A DNA stretch of 64,000 nucleotides from a virus. Lineage: Duplodnaviria > Caudoviricetes. Shown piece by piece: positions 7,034-15,132 of the stretch; position 1 is the first letter of the stretch; each line of letters starts with the position of its first letter. The notes under the pieces were generated by a model. The model had not been told where the DNA came from and did not search any database. It worked only from the letters and a program-made list of their open reading frames with translations. Both the position numbers and the translations under genes were made by a program. The stretch lies in the IMG/VR virus record IMGVR_UViG_3300035661_000004; one strand, written 5' to 3'.

Positions 7034-9115
7034 TCAGAATGCGACTCGGATGACGCGGTTGAGAGCGCCCTTGACACGCACGACCACGGTGTCGCGTACC
7101 GTGGACGAGAAGCCCAGGCCCGACAGCTGTTCGGACGCCTTGGCGACCTTCAGCTTGGAGCCGACCATCTCCAGGACCTTGCGGTGCTTGTTCAGCTCCG
7201 GGGTCAGGAACTCGTTGTAGAAGCCACGGGCGGTGCCGTCATTGGCACAGCCTTGCAGCATGAAGAAGTAGTGCTTGTTGCCGGCGCCCTTCTGGTCATC
7301 CCAGTGGTTCGGTGACAGCATCACGACGTTGACTTGCTGGAAGGTCTGGGTCTTCAGGCCCCAGACATCCTTCGTCGTGCTCGTGCTCGGCAGCGACTCG
7401 ATGATCGTGAAGCCGTCCTTCTTCGAGTACTTGATCTTCGCCACGGTCAGGTTCGACCGAGACGGGATCGCGCGATCGTAGTAGATCGTCGTGGTCACGC
7501 CGTCGAACTCGATGTCGACGCCGAAGCCCTTGCCGTCCGTCGACCGCTTGACGAAGTTGTTGATGAACAGCTCGTAGACGCCTTCTTTCATGCGGTTGCG
7601 GTTGGCGTAGTAGATGTTCTCGCACGGCTCGTTCTTCATGCCGTCAACGCCGTTGGCGTCCAGGTCCAGCTCGCCACCGCACGGAGACAGGCTACGGCCA
7701 CCCTTCAGCCGGTAGCTGCCGTAGTAGATCTCGGAGCCGCCCGGCTCGACCATGTGGAAATCCAGGTCATCGGTGTAGTCCCAGGCCAGGCGGCAGCACA
7801 GCTCGCCGACCACTTGGCCGCCGGCGCTCTTAACACGTTCCTTGATCGAGTCCGTCACGTCGCCGGTGTAGGACCAGCTGAAGGAGTTGTCCCAAGCAAA
7901 CAGCTTGCCAGCCGTCGGGTCGGTTGGAGCGATCAGGCTGACCAGGCGGTTGGTGTGCTTGTTCTCCAACAGCAGCTCGATCGACTTGGCCGTCGGCAGG
8001 ATGTCCTTCAGGAACTTCTCGATGCCCACCTCCTCGATCTTGTCGAAGGACCTGGTCGAGACCTTGGCGTCACCCACCAGGTCATCGAACACGTCGCCGG
8101 TCATGGTCGCCTTGGCGTCGCGGTTGGCGAACAACACGTTGTTGACCGTGATGTCCGTCAGGACTGCGAAGCGGCGTTCCAGGGCCGAGACCAAGCCCAG
8201 CTTCTGCAGCTCGCCCTTGGCCTTCTCGATCATGCCCTTGGTAACCAGCGCCGTCGGACGCTTGTAGTTCTGCGGGGCGGTCTTGGACTCGTAGATCTTG
8301 ACGGCGTCATCCAGCTCCTTCATGGCCAAGTCCTCGACCAACGTGCCGATGACCGAAGTGCGGAAGCCGCACAGTGCGCCTGCTGCCTTGAACTTGGTCC
8401 AGGCGAAGAGCGCTTGTCGGTCAGCCGACAGCTTGTCGAAAGCGGCCTTCAGCTCACGGAAGGAGGTGACGGCGCCCTTGAACTGGTCACCGCGGTAGAT
8501 CGAGCCCTGCGTGATCAGCTCCAGCACCGCGTCGATGTTCTCGATGCTCAGGTCGGTCAGGCTGCGGTGCAGGGAGTCACGGGCCGAGCGGTCTTCGCTC
8601 AGCTTGGTCGCGACATGGTCCTTGCCCACCACGTAAGCGCGCGGGATGTTGACGAAGAAGTGATCCCAGGCTTGCTGACCGCCGTTGACCAGCTGCTCGA
8701 AGCTGCGGTCGGTGCCGGCCTTGTCCAGGTAGTGCAGGAACACGTCGCCGATGGCGTGAGCCTTGACGGTCGCGGACAGCGCGTTGGCAACAGTTTGGTA
8801 AGCCGGCTCCTTGGCGGCGATGTCGATGTCCCAGATGGACGTGAGCGAGCCGTCGGCGTTGATCGTCACGACGTCGCCAACGTCACGGATGAAGTGGCGG
8901 CAGCAGGTACAGTCGTGCTCCGTGCGCTCACGGTACATCGGGTTGGTGCCTTCCGGGAAGGCGCCCAAGTAGGTGTTCCAGAGCAGGTCGCTCTTGGCAC
9001 CGGTCTCATCCTTCGGGATGCTGACGCGGAACAGAGCGGCGTTGTTGGCCGTCATCTCCGCGAAGCGCTTCTGGATCGCCTTCTTGAAGACGTTGAAGTT
9101 CAGCACGTGGGTCAT
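7034..9115 (-). CDS. Large phage protein with C-terminal YfaP/DUF2135-like domain
   Basis: 693 aa; LAWDYTDDLDFHMVEPGG...GELDLDAN...ENIYY resembles the YfaP-type signature; promoter TTTACA-N17-TACTAT upstream. Confidence 0.7.
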   Translation of the reverse strand: MTHVLNFNVFKKAIQKRFAEMTANNAALFRVSIPKDETGAKSDLLWNTYLGAFPEGTNPMYRERTEHDCTCCRHFIRDVGDVVTINADGSLTSIWDIDIAAKEPAYQTVANALSATVKAHAIGDVFLHYLDKAGTDRSFEQLVNGGQQAWDHFFVNIPRAYVVGKDHVATKLSEDRSARDSLHRSLTDLSIENIDAVLELITQGSIYRGDQFKGAVTSFRELKAAFDKLSADRQALFAWTKFKAAGALCGFRTSVIGTLVEDLAMKELDDAVKIYESKTAPQNYKRPTALVTKGMIEKAKGELQKLGLVSALERRFAVLTDITVNNVLFANRDAKATMTGDVFDDLVGDAKVSTRSFDKIEEVGIEKFLKDILPTAKSIELLLENKHTNRLVSLIAPTDPTAGKLFAWDNSFSWSYTGDVTDSIKERVKSAGGQVVGELCCRLAWDYTDDLDFHMVEPGGSEIYYGSYRLKGGRSLSPCGGELDLDANGVDGMKNEPCENIYYANRNRMKEGVYELFINNFVKRSTDGKGFGVDIEFDGVTTTIYYDRAIPSRSNLTVAKIKYSKKDGFTIIESLPSTSTTKDVWGLKTQTFQQVNVVMLSPNHWDDQKGAGNKHYFFMLQGCANDGTARGFYNEFLTPELNKHRKVLEMVGSKLKVAKASEQLSGLGFSSTVRDTVVVRVKGALNRVIRVAF

Positions 9116-9182
9116 CGGGATTTCCTTTCCTATTGTGGTCTAGATAGTAACACCTGCCAAGCAAGTTGTAAACAAAAAGTTG

Positions 9183-9355
9183 TCAGGCTTTGATGATGTA
9201 GCCGAAGTGGGTGAGGACGACGAAGGCGGCGAGCCCGGTCAACGCCCGAAGGCTACCTTGAGGATGAGGTTGAACGGGTCGCTGCGGTTCCAGATCACCA
9301 TGAGGAAGCCGAACATCACGAAGCTGAGGCAGAGGTAGAGGGACAGGAGGCTCAT
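9183..9355 (-). pseudogene. Frameshifted two-TM small membrane protein
   Basis: MSLLSLYLCLSFVMFGFLMVIWNRSDPFNLILKVAFG joins ALTGLAAFVVLTHFGYIIKA if one G is added to the GGG run at 9245-9247. Confidence 0.55.
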
Positions 9356-9357
9356 GA

Positions 9358-9624
9358 TCACACCATGTGGTTGAAAGCGTGTTCCAGGATGTCGCGCGCG
9401 TTTTGCGACACGCTCGGTTGCTCGGACTCCTCGCCAGAGCAAAGCTCCTCCAAAGCGTGCCGAGGCATGGCAGAGAGCTCCTTGTCGACGTCAGCGATGA
9501 CCTTCGAGTCAAACTTGAGGCGTACAACGCCCCACATCTTGTCCAGGACCTTGCTCTCGGGCATGGACCTATTGACGCAGCCATTGTCGTAGGCGATCTC
9601 GAGAAATGCAAATTGGAGGCTCAT
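9358..9624 (-). CDS. Hypothetical protein
   Basis: 88 aa, AAGGAG RBS, promoter at 9661-9690. Confidence 0.7.
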   Translation of the reverse strand: MSLQFAFLEIAYDNGCVNRSMPESKVLDKMWGVVRLKFDSKVIADVDKELSAMPRHALEELCSGEESEQPSVSQNARDILEHAFNHMV

Positions 9625-9660
9625 GCCGTCTCCTTAAGTATCACTGTTGTCGATAAGATG

Positions 9661-9690
9661 ATTGTACACCCATTCGGACCGTGATGTAAA
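9661..9690 (-). promoter_or_regulatory. Sigma70-like promoter TTTACA-N18-TACAAT with conserved leader cassette
   Basis: Followed by CATCTTATCG...GATACTTAAGGAG, near-identical to the leader at 11618-11682. Confidence 0.7.
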
Positions 9691-9696
9691 CGGCTT

Positions 9697-9972
9697 TCAG
9701 CTCTTTGGAGCTACGTTCCGCTTGCCGGTGAAGCCTTCAGCCGCGGCGCGTGCCGCACGGTCCAAGGAGTTCTGGTAGTCCTGACCGGTGGCTTGCCGCA
9801 GCTCGGTCAAGCGGTCGCCAAGCTCCTTGGCCTCCTTGACCTCGACATCGGTCAAGCGGCCACCCAGGGCCTTGAGGACCAGCAGCGCGTCCTTCTTGCT
9901 CAAGGTGAAGGACCAGCGCGGGATGTAGGACACCTCGGGTGCTGGGTTGATCTCGTCAAAGTCTTGGCTCAT
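9697..9972 (-). CDS. Hypothetical protein
   Basis: 91 aa with AAGGAG RBS. Confidence 0.7.
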   Translation of the reverse strand: MSQDFDEINPAPEVSYIPRWSFTLSKKDALLVLKALGGRLTDVEVKEAKELGDRLTELRQATGQDYQNSLDRAARAAAEGFTGKRNVAPKS

Positions 9973-10184
9973 GGTGTTGCTCCTTTAGCAAGCAAAGCGA
10001 TCAAAAAGCTCAGCAGGGCGACGCAGCCCAAGAGCAGGGCGATGCCTGCATGGCGCCCGTTCAGGCGCTTGAGAGCCGTGTTGAGTCGGTCATACACAGG
10101 TCCGTCGAGAGCATCGAAGGTGATCAGGCCCATGGCAAGGAGGGAGAAGGCGGTGATAGCGCCGCAGGCTTGGTAGATCATCAT
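9969..10184 (-). CDS. Small two-TM membrane protein
   Basis: 71 aa from MMIYQAC, AAGGAG RBS, two hydrophobic stretches. Confidence 0.6.
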   Translation of the reverse strand: MMIYQACGAITAFSLLAMGLITFDALDGPVYDRLNTALKRLNGRHAGIALLLGCVALLSFLIALLAKGATP

Positions 10185-10422
10185 GAGCTCCTTGTTTGGG
10201 TGAGCGTGAGCGCGGGAGTGCTCTGAATGTCCAGCTCCTCCCGCACGGTGTTGCCGCTGTAGGTGACATGACACGGCCGAGTTGGACCTGGAAGCCGACA
10301 CGTTTGAAGGAGCCAGCTAAAGCCTCGGCCTCCTCGCGCTGGTCCATGGAGTATTCCAGCTTGAGCTGAACCAGGTCTACGAGAGCGTGAACAACGTACG
10401 TGATGCGGTGGGTGTTGTTCAT
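10181..10422 (-). pseudogene. Frameshifted hypothetical protein
   Basis: MNNTHR...VQLGR continues as HVTYSGNTVREELDIQ...TRSS-stop after a one-base gap near 10271; the restored stop makes an ATGA overlap with the next gene. Confidence 0.5.
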
Positions 10423-11041
10423 TTTGCCCTCTTCAGAGCCTTGGCAAGCTCATCAGCGTAGATCGGCTTGGTGACGCCTTTCAGGCGAGCGCGCTCGACT
10501 ACCCGGCTGGCCGCTTGGTGAGGCGTGAGCCAGTTACGACCGTCGAACACGTGGTCGCCCGCCGGCTTGTTGCCAAGCTTGCGAGCCTCGGCCAGCTGCC
10601 GGCGGGCGGTCGGGTCCCGCCGCACCTCGGCTTCGGTCTTGCCTGACTTTGCCGCAGCTGCGTCATGAGCTTGCGCTCATGCTTGTTCATGACATGCTTG
10701 GTCGGAGCCGCATTGGCCTTACGCTCGCTCACGAAAGACTTTAGCTCCAAAGTCGGAGCGCGCATGACCCTGAAGCTCCAGTCTAGCGCCCTGAGCTCAG
10801 CAGCCGCTGTGGGAACAGGATCGTACCCGACTGGATACATGCGGCTTTGGTCACCGCACTCGATGCTAAGGAAGCCTGTCTTGTAGGCCTCCCAGGTCAT
10901 CGTCAAGGTGTCGCCGGCGTTGACCACTGTGACCTTGACTGTCCGCGCTTTGACTCGTTTGAAGGTCAGCTCATGGCCATCATCGATGCAGGCTTGCTGC
11001 ATGATGAGGAGAGCTCGTCGCATGTCAGACGAATTGCTCAT
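10419..11041 (-). pseudogene. Frameshifted hypothetical protein (ORFs 10499..11041 and 10419..10625 are one gene)
   Basis: ...KHERKLMT joins AAAKSGKTEAEVRRDPTARR with one added base near 10660. Confidence 0.55.
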
Positions 11042-11042
11042 G

Positions 11043-11276
11043 CTACTTCCTGCGCCGACGAGCGCGCTTGCGCTTCGGCTTAGGGACCAGATCTGAGAGC
11101 GTTGCTTGTCGCTCGATGTAGTACTGCCGGCGAGCCAGCCGCAGCTCTTCAGTGACTTGGCCGATCATGCGCGAAGCACAGTCACGGGAGCAAGCTTTTT
11201 GGAACTCGCGCGCCGGCGTGAAGGTGTGGCCGCAGCCGCCCCGGTTAGAGGCACAGCAGATGGATGAGTAGGTCAT
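11043..11276 (-). CDS. Small Cys-containing basic protein
   Basis: From MTYSSICC, ATGA overlap; CC...C...C-x3-C pattern and Arg/Lys tail. Confidence 0.55.
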   Translation of the reverse strand: MTYSSICCASNRGGCGHTFTPAREFQKACSRDCASRMIGQVTEELRLARRQYYIERQATLSDLVPKPKRKRARRRRK

Positions 11277-11617
11277 ACCAGCTCCGCAAAGCCAAACGGC
11301 TTGCACTCGTAGGCGCGGCCGTTGACCTCGATCACGTCACCGACGGACATCGAGGTGTGGTTCAGCTCCTTGCTCGTGATTAGCTCGCGGGCTTCGCCGT
11401 TCGGGGACCAGCATTCACCTTGGAGAGAGCCGAAGATAGCTTCGAGGTGGGTTTCGGCGATGGAGCCCAACAGCACGTGCGTTGCCTCCAGGTTCTTCGG
11501 GTCAACCTTGACCTCGCCGAAGGTGATGTAGCGGGCGACCGCGGGCTTGTAGTACCAGACCTTCGTGGCGCCTGCATGCAGGGCGCAAAGGTTGGAATCA
11601 TTGAGCGATTTGAGCAT
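11273..11617 (-). CDS. YodL-like domain protein
   Basis: HTSMSVGDVI motif near the C-terminus; GGAG RBS; promoter at 11654-11682. Confidence 0.55.
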   Translation of the reverse strand: MLKSLNDSNLCALHAGATKVWYYKPAVARYITFGEVKVDPKNLEATHVLLGSIAETHLEAIFGSLQGECWSPNGEARELITSKELNHTSMSVGDVIEVNGRAYECKPFGFAELV

Positions 11618-11653
11618 CTTGCATCTCCAAGTATCACTGTTGCCGATATGATG

Positions 11654-11682
11654 ATTGTACACCAGTACGGCCTCCGTGTAAA
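11654..11682 (-). promoter_or_regulatory. Sigma70-like promoter TTTACA-N17-TACAAT
   Basis: Direct motif match. Confidence 0.75.
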
Positions 11683-11701
11683 CACTCGAGAGACAAAAAG
11701 A

Positions 11702-11797
11702 TGGCGGAAGGCTGAGTACTCGAAACCCATCCCGCTTGTTGAGAGCGAGACCCTCGGATTAGCAATCCGGTCCAGGCACCTACCTGGTTAACCTTCC
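11702..11797 (-). tRNA. tRNA-Ser (GCU)
   Basis: GGAAGG acceptor start, loop TT-GCT-AA, long variable arm, G73, CCA. Confidence 0.92.
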
Positions 11798-11814
11798 ATG
11801 AATTCGCGCTTTAC

Positions 11815-12213
11815 TCAGTCGTGATGATCTTCGAGCGGGTCGTCGTAGAGCCGTACATGTAAGCGTGCGTCAGGCCGTTTGTACAGCACCTCCTCGGACA
11901 CAGCGCAACCTGTAGCCTCCTTCAGGTGGTTGAGCGTGTCGGGAGCGTCACGCAGCGTGATAAGCAAGCTTTGACCAGACGCGCGAAGCACCGTGCCGTA
12001 CTCTGCATTGATTAGCCTTGCGGCGGTTTCGGGCGAGTACTTTGCGTCAAGCCCAACACGGACAATGTACCGCTTTTCCTTGCCAAGTGCTTCTGCAGCT
12101 GGCTCTTGTTCTTCAGCCTTCTTGCCAAAGATTCGGTCCCACCCGCTACGGTAGGAGTCGGTAGTTGACTTGGACTTGAGGGCATCGCCGGTAATGTCGT
12201 TGTGTGCTATCAT
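11815..12213 (-). CDS. Hypothetical protein embedded in the tRNA array
   Basis: 132 aa, N-terminus NDITGD..KSK..YRSGWDRIFG; the A of its ATG is the terminal A of the tRNA-Ser(GGA) CCA. Confidence 0.7.
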   Translation of the reverse strand: MIAHNDITGDALKSKSTTDSYRSGWDRIFGKKAEEQEPAAEALGKEKRYIVRVGLDAKYSPETAARLINAEYGTVLRASGQSLLITLRDAPDTLNHLKEATGCAVSEEVLYKRPDARLHVRLYDDPLEDHHD

Positions 12214-12307
12214 GGCGGATAGTTGAGTACTCGAAACCCAATCCCTCGTTACCGAAGAATCCCACTGCTTTCCAAGCAGGTCCGGTCACCTAACCGGTTA
12301 ACTATCC
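12213..12307 (-). tRNA. tRNA-Ser (GGA)
   Basis: GGATAGT/ACTATCC acceptor, loop TT-GGA-AA, long variable arm, G73, CCA. Confidence 0.92.
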
Positions 12308-12310
12308 ATG

Positions 12311-12396
12311 TGTCCCGTACCGGACTCGAACCGGTACGCCTCTTCCGAGGCGGCAGAGTTTAAGCCTGCTGCGTCTACCAATTTCGCCAACGGGGC
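12311..12396 (-). tRNA. tRNA-Leu (UAA)
   Basis: Loop CT-TAA-AC, Leu-type D-loop TTGGTAGAC, long variable arm, A73; one acceptor mismatch; CCA not encoded. Confidence 0.9.
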
Positions 12397-12487
12397 GGTG
12401 GAAGACGGAGGACTTGAACCCCAAGCCACATCTCTGTGACTCCCACTGCTTTCGAAGCAGGTCCGGACCCTGTCCGGTTCATCTTCC
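12397..12487 (-). tRNA. tRNA-Ser (CGA)
   Basis: GGAAGAT/GTCTTCC acceptor, loop TT-CGA-AA, long variable arm; discriminator A rather than G; abuts the next tRNA. Confidence 0.9.
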
Positions 12488-12490
12488 GTA

Positions 12491-12635
12491 AGGTGACAGT
12501 AGGACTCGAACCTACGATGCATAGTCTGTCATGCTAGCTTATGCCATCGGTTCCTGCCATGGGCATGCGAGGGTGATAAGGCCTCTCCGTCTTGACTTGA
12601 CCGCGACGCTGTCTACCAATTTTCAGCATGTCACC
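12491..12635 (-). ncRNA. Oversized (145-nt) tRNA-like RNA with the anticodon arm replaced by a structured insert
   Basis: Perfect 7-bp GGTGACA/TGTCACC acceptor, Leu-like D-arm CTG-AAAATTGGTAGA-CAG, T-arm GTAGG-TTCGAGT-CCTAC, about 90 nt between D- and T-arms. Confidence 0.75.
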
Positions 12636-12636
12636 T

Positions 12637-12719
12637 TGGTGCCCTCGGCGGGACTCGAACCCGCAAAAATCTAGCATCTCAAGCTAGTAGCTGTACCAAT
12701 TTGCATTTATCACGAGGGC
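12637..12719 (-). tRNA. tRNA-Leu (GAG), short variable loop and irregular enlarged D-arm
   Basis: GCCCTCG/CGAGGGC acceptor, CTAGC-TTGAGAT-GCTAG anticodon arm, ATTTTT variable region, A73, CCA. Confidence 0.85.
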
Positions 12720-12767
12720 GTGATGTGTTTGCATTATATTACCTTTTCGGCCAAGGTGATATAAAGC

Positions 12768-12860
12768 GGCGGATGACAGAGGACTCGAACCCCAGCCCGG
12801 GTACTAGCCGAACCGTACCGCTTTCAAGGCGGCCCCGGACGCCCGCCCGGTTTATCATCC
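12768..12860 (-). tRNA. tRNA-Ser (UGA)
   Basis: GGATGAT/GTCATCC acceptor, GCCGC-CTTGAAA-GCGGT anticodon arm, long variable arm, G73. Confidence 0.92.
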
Positions 12861-13415
12861 GATGATGAGGTGCTGCAGCTTAGCTACAGCTTCGTTCCAA
12901 GAGGCCCCAATGACGCTGTCAGGAACCCTTACGCTAATGCACCACCGAGGCTCAGCCTCCACGTCAATGGAGTGCGGAACGTCCGTGCGCACGAGCGTAA
13001 GCTCTTGCTTGACCTCATGGCTGTCAATAAGCGTGAGCTCCGTCTTAGGCCATGAGAGGTAGTCTGTCTCGACCATGGTCAGGCTTGCGGCACCTGCTTT
13101 GCCCTCATGCCCTGTGTACCACAGCATCTTGCTCCCCTTGCCGCCTAGGACCCAGTTAAAAGCAAATGCTTTCGGCCTAGTCGGCGTGCTCATGTCGATG
13201 TGCGCGATGGGGCTTCGAGCCCAAGGCTGCTTGTAGAACAAGATAGCCTGGCAGACCGGCAGGCCGATCAAGGTCATCCAGCGTAACCAATCATCGGTGA
13301 AGATGTCGGTCAGCGTAGGGTCATAGATAGCCCAGGGCTTGGGGTCAGCGGGGAGCGTCCAACCAGGTCTTAGGGCGCCCGCTGTCGGGATAGTCAGTTC
13401 ATGCCAGCACTTCAT
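12855..13415 (-). CDS. Putative 2OG-Fe(II)/cupin-like protein, late
   Basis: 186 aa from MKCWHE; AHID...NWV...PHS...RWCISVR; TAAATA at 13421-13426; stop codon lies inside the 5' end of tRNA-Ser(UGA). Confidence 0.6.
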   Translation of the reverse strand: MKCWHELTIPTAGALRPGWTLPADPKPWAIYDPTLTDIFTDDWLRWMTLIGLPVCQAILFYKQPWARSPIAHIDMSTPTRPKAFAFNWVLGGKGSKMLWYTGHEGKAGAASLTMVETDYLSWPKTELTLIDSHEVKQELTLVRTDVPHSIDVEAEPRWCISVRVPDSVIGASWNEAVAKLQHLIIG

Positions 13416-13423
13416 GCTGGTAT

Positions 13424-13645
13424 TTAGTCGCCACCGTGCCTCGCGATCCGGACGATGTCCTGGCTGGTCACGATCCGGCACTTCGCTTCGATCTCAGCGA
13501 TGCGGCGCTTGGGAATGTCGTAGTGGTCCTTGTGGAACCAGCAGCGAGCGATGTTGAGCTCCTGCGCCATCAGGTGCAGGTTCTCGATTGAGTAGGGCAA
13601 GCAGATGAGGTGCCTTGCCTTATCGGTCAGGTACTCGAGCTTCAC
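13424..13645 (-). CDS. DUF4031-like small protein
   Basis: HL...ENLHLMAQELNIARCWFHKDHYDIP resembles the DUF4031 pattern. Confidence 0.6.
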   Translation of the reverse strand: MKLEYLTDKARHLICLPYSIENLHLMAQELNIARCWFHKDHYDIPKRRIAEIEAKCRIVTSQDIVRIARHGGD

Positions 13646-13932
13646 CGCTTGAAGTTTCGGATGGCGTCGGACAGCGGCCCGAGCTCTGCGATCTCTTGGT
13701 CCTTGCGGTGGAAGGTGCAGCTAGGTTGTGAGCGCTTCCGTCCCTTGACAACCGGGTACAGCACGACAACCGGCTGATCGCACCCTGTGCGGTGGCACTT
13801 GTAGGGTGTCAGTTCGGTGCTTGAGCCATGACCGATGCGAGCCTTGCTCTTGTGCGCAAAGATGCCGCAGCTTGGGCAGCGGTAGACGGCGCGGACGCCT
13901 TCGACCGGCTTGTAGTTGTGAACGCAGCTCAT
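13642..13932 (-). CDS. Cys/His-rich putative zinc-binding protein
   Basis: CxH, CPSC, CHRTGC, CxxH motifs. Confidence 0.6.
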   Translation of the reverse strand: MSCVHNYKPVEGVRAVYRCPSCGIFAHKSKARIGHGSSTELTPYKCHRTGCDQPVVVLYPVVKGRKRSQPSCTFHRKDQEIAELGPLSDAIRNFKR

Positions 13933-14186
13933 TGAATCACCTTGTCGGCGCCGGCTTCCGTGATGGTCGTAATGTAACCCATGCGGGCGATGCGCTCAGC
14001 GGCTTCGATGTAACTGGTGTAGTGGTAAGCGCAACCAATGAGTGGGCTTGCAAAGCAGATGAAGCCTCGCGCAGCAGAGTCCTCGCAGCCTGGGTAGGTC
14101 AGCGGTTGGCCGCGATGAATTCCTGCGACCGCGTTGAACACCTCGACGCCGTCTTTTGTGACTACAATTTGTGTCGGGAAGGTCAT
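13929..14186 (-). CDS. Hypothetical protein
   Basis: 85 aa, AGGAG RBS, promoter at 14223-14251. Confidence 0.65.
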   Translation of the reverse strand: MTFPTQIVVTKDGVEVFNAVAGIHRGQPLTYPGCEDSAARGFICFASPLIGCAYHYTSYIEAAERIARMGYITTITEAGADKVIQ

Positions 14187-14222
14187 GCTGTGCTCCTAAG
14201 TATCGGTTGGCAGAATGGAATG

Positions 14223-14251
14223 ATTGTACATCATCACGATCCGCTTGTAAA
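14223..14251 (-). promoter_or_regulatory. Sigma70-like promoter internal to the tRNA array
   Basis: TTTACA-N17-TACAAT starting 4 nt after the CCA of tRNA-Leu(CAA). Confidence 0.75.
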
Positions 14252-14255
14252 CACT

Positions 14256-14340
14256 TGGTGCGCCCGGTCGGACTCGAACCGACACGCCTTGCGGCAACAG
14301 ATTTTGAGTCTGCCGCGTCTACCCATTCCGCCACGGGCGC
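14256..14340 (-). tRNA. tRNA-Leu (CAA)
   Basis: GCGCCCG/CGGGCGC acceptor, loop CT-CAA-AA, long variable arm, A73, CCA. Confidence 0.95.
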
Positions 14341-14344
14341 GTGA

Positions 14345-14854
14345 CTAAGTACGTTTCTTAAAACCCCACGTTGGAGTTTGTGTGTGACAGTTGGGACAGA
14401 TCATGCGTAAGTTTTCACGCCGATTGTCCTTGTTATCACCATTAGCGTGATCAAGCTGAAACACTAAGGGCTTGCCATTCCAAGTTTGTCCAAGGCCGCA
14501 TTCTTTACAAATGCCGCCTTGCTCTAACAACACGCGCTCATGGAAGCAGCTCTTAGGAACTTCGTGCCATGGTGCATCTGTTAAGTGGTGCTGCCGTTTG
14601 TCTTTTGCAATACGTGCGGCCATTAAACCGCCCTTGATTCTATCTTCGCGCATCGGCCCTGCAGTAGGTCTTCCTGCTTGATAGCCAGCTCTCAATGTAG
14701 CACTGCTTCTAGCTCGATTTGCTAAGCATTGATTAGCGCTCTTGCAGCAAATGTACTTTCCACTTGCACTAATGAATAGGGCAGTTTGCCCACAGTCGTA
14801 AGCACACATGTGTGCCGTTGAAATTGGTGTAGCTGGTTTAGGTCCGCGTTTCAT
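14345..14854 (-). CDS. Free-standing HNH homing endonuclease
   Basis: C-terminal CKEC...LDHANGDNKDNRRENLRMICPNCH; AT-rich; TAAATA at 14861-14866. Confidence 0.88.
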   Translation of the reverse strand: MKRGPKPATPISTAHMCAYDCGQTALFISASGKYICCKSANQCLANRARSSATLRAGYQAGRPTAGPMREDRIKGGLMAARIAKDKRQHHLTDAPWHEVPKSCFHERVLLEQGGICKECGLGQTWNGKPLVFQLDHANGDNKDNRRENLRMICPNCHTQTPTWGFKKRT

Positions 14855-14866
14855 GCTGCCTATTTA

Positions 14867-14951
14867 GGTGCACACGGGGGAGACTTGAACTCCCAATCCC
14901 GAAGGCCACAGTGTCTGAGGCTGTGATGTATACCAATTCCATCACGTGTGC
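14867..14951 (-). tRNA. tRNA-Leu (CAG), copy 1
   Basis: GCACACG/CGTGTGC acceptor with one extra C in a C-run, loop CT-CAG-AC, variable arm with TTCG loop. Confidence 0.85.
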
Positions 14952-14954
14952 ATA

Positions 14955-15033
14955 TGGTGCCCTAGGCGGGACTCGAACCCGCAGAATTCCGCTTCTGAGG
15001 CGGACATGTTTACCAAGATTTCATCACCAGGGC
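14955..15033 (-). tRNA. tRNA-Leu (CAG), copy 2, short 5-nt variable loop
   Basis: GCCCTGG/CTAGGGC acceptor, TCCGC-CTCAGAA-GCGGA, variable region ATTCT, A73, CCA. Confidence 0.9.
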
Positions 15034-15037
15034 GGTG

Positions 15038-15120
15038 GGTGGAGGTAGAAGGAATCGAACCTTCATGACCGAAGTACCGGGGTTACAGTCCGGGCGCTCT
15101 CCATAGGCGTCTATACCTCC
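15038..15120 (-). tRNA. tRNA-Tyr (GUA), copy 1
   Basis: GGAGGTA/TACCTCC acceptor, loop CT-GTA-AC, long variable arm, A73. Confidence 0.88.
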
Positions 15121-15132
15121 AAGGGTCTTACG

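Noticed and set aside
7334-9193. 619-aa plus-strand ORF, and similar long antisense ORFs at 20972, 28071, 39856, 40828 and 60599
   Set aside because: They mirror strongly GC3-biased minus-strand genes with clear motifs, lack RBS/promoter signals and recognisable domains; these are shadow ORFs.
12491-12635. Group I intron-containing tRNA
   Set aside because: Insert is about 60 nt longer than a normal tRNA core, far below group I intron size, and no exon-flanking anticodon stem could be paired.
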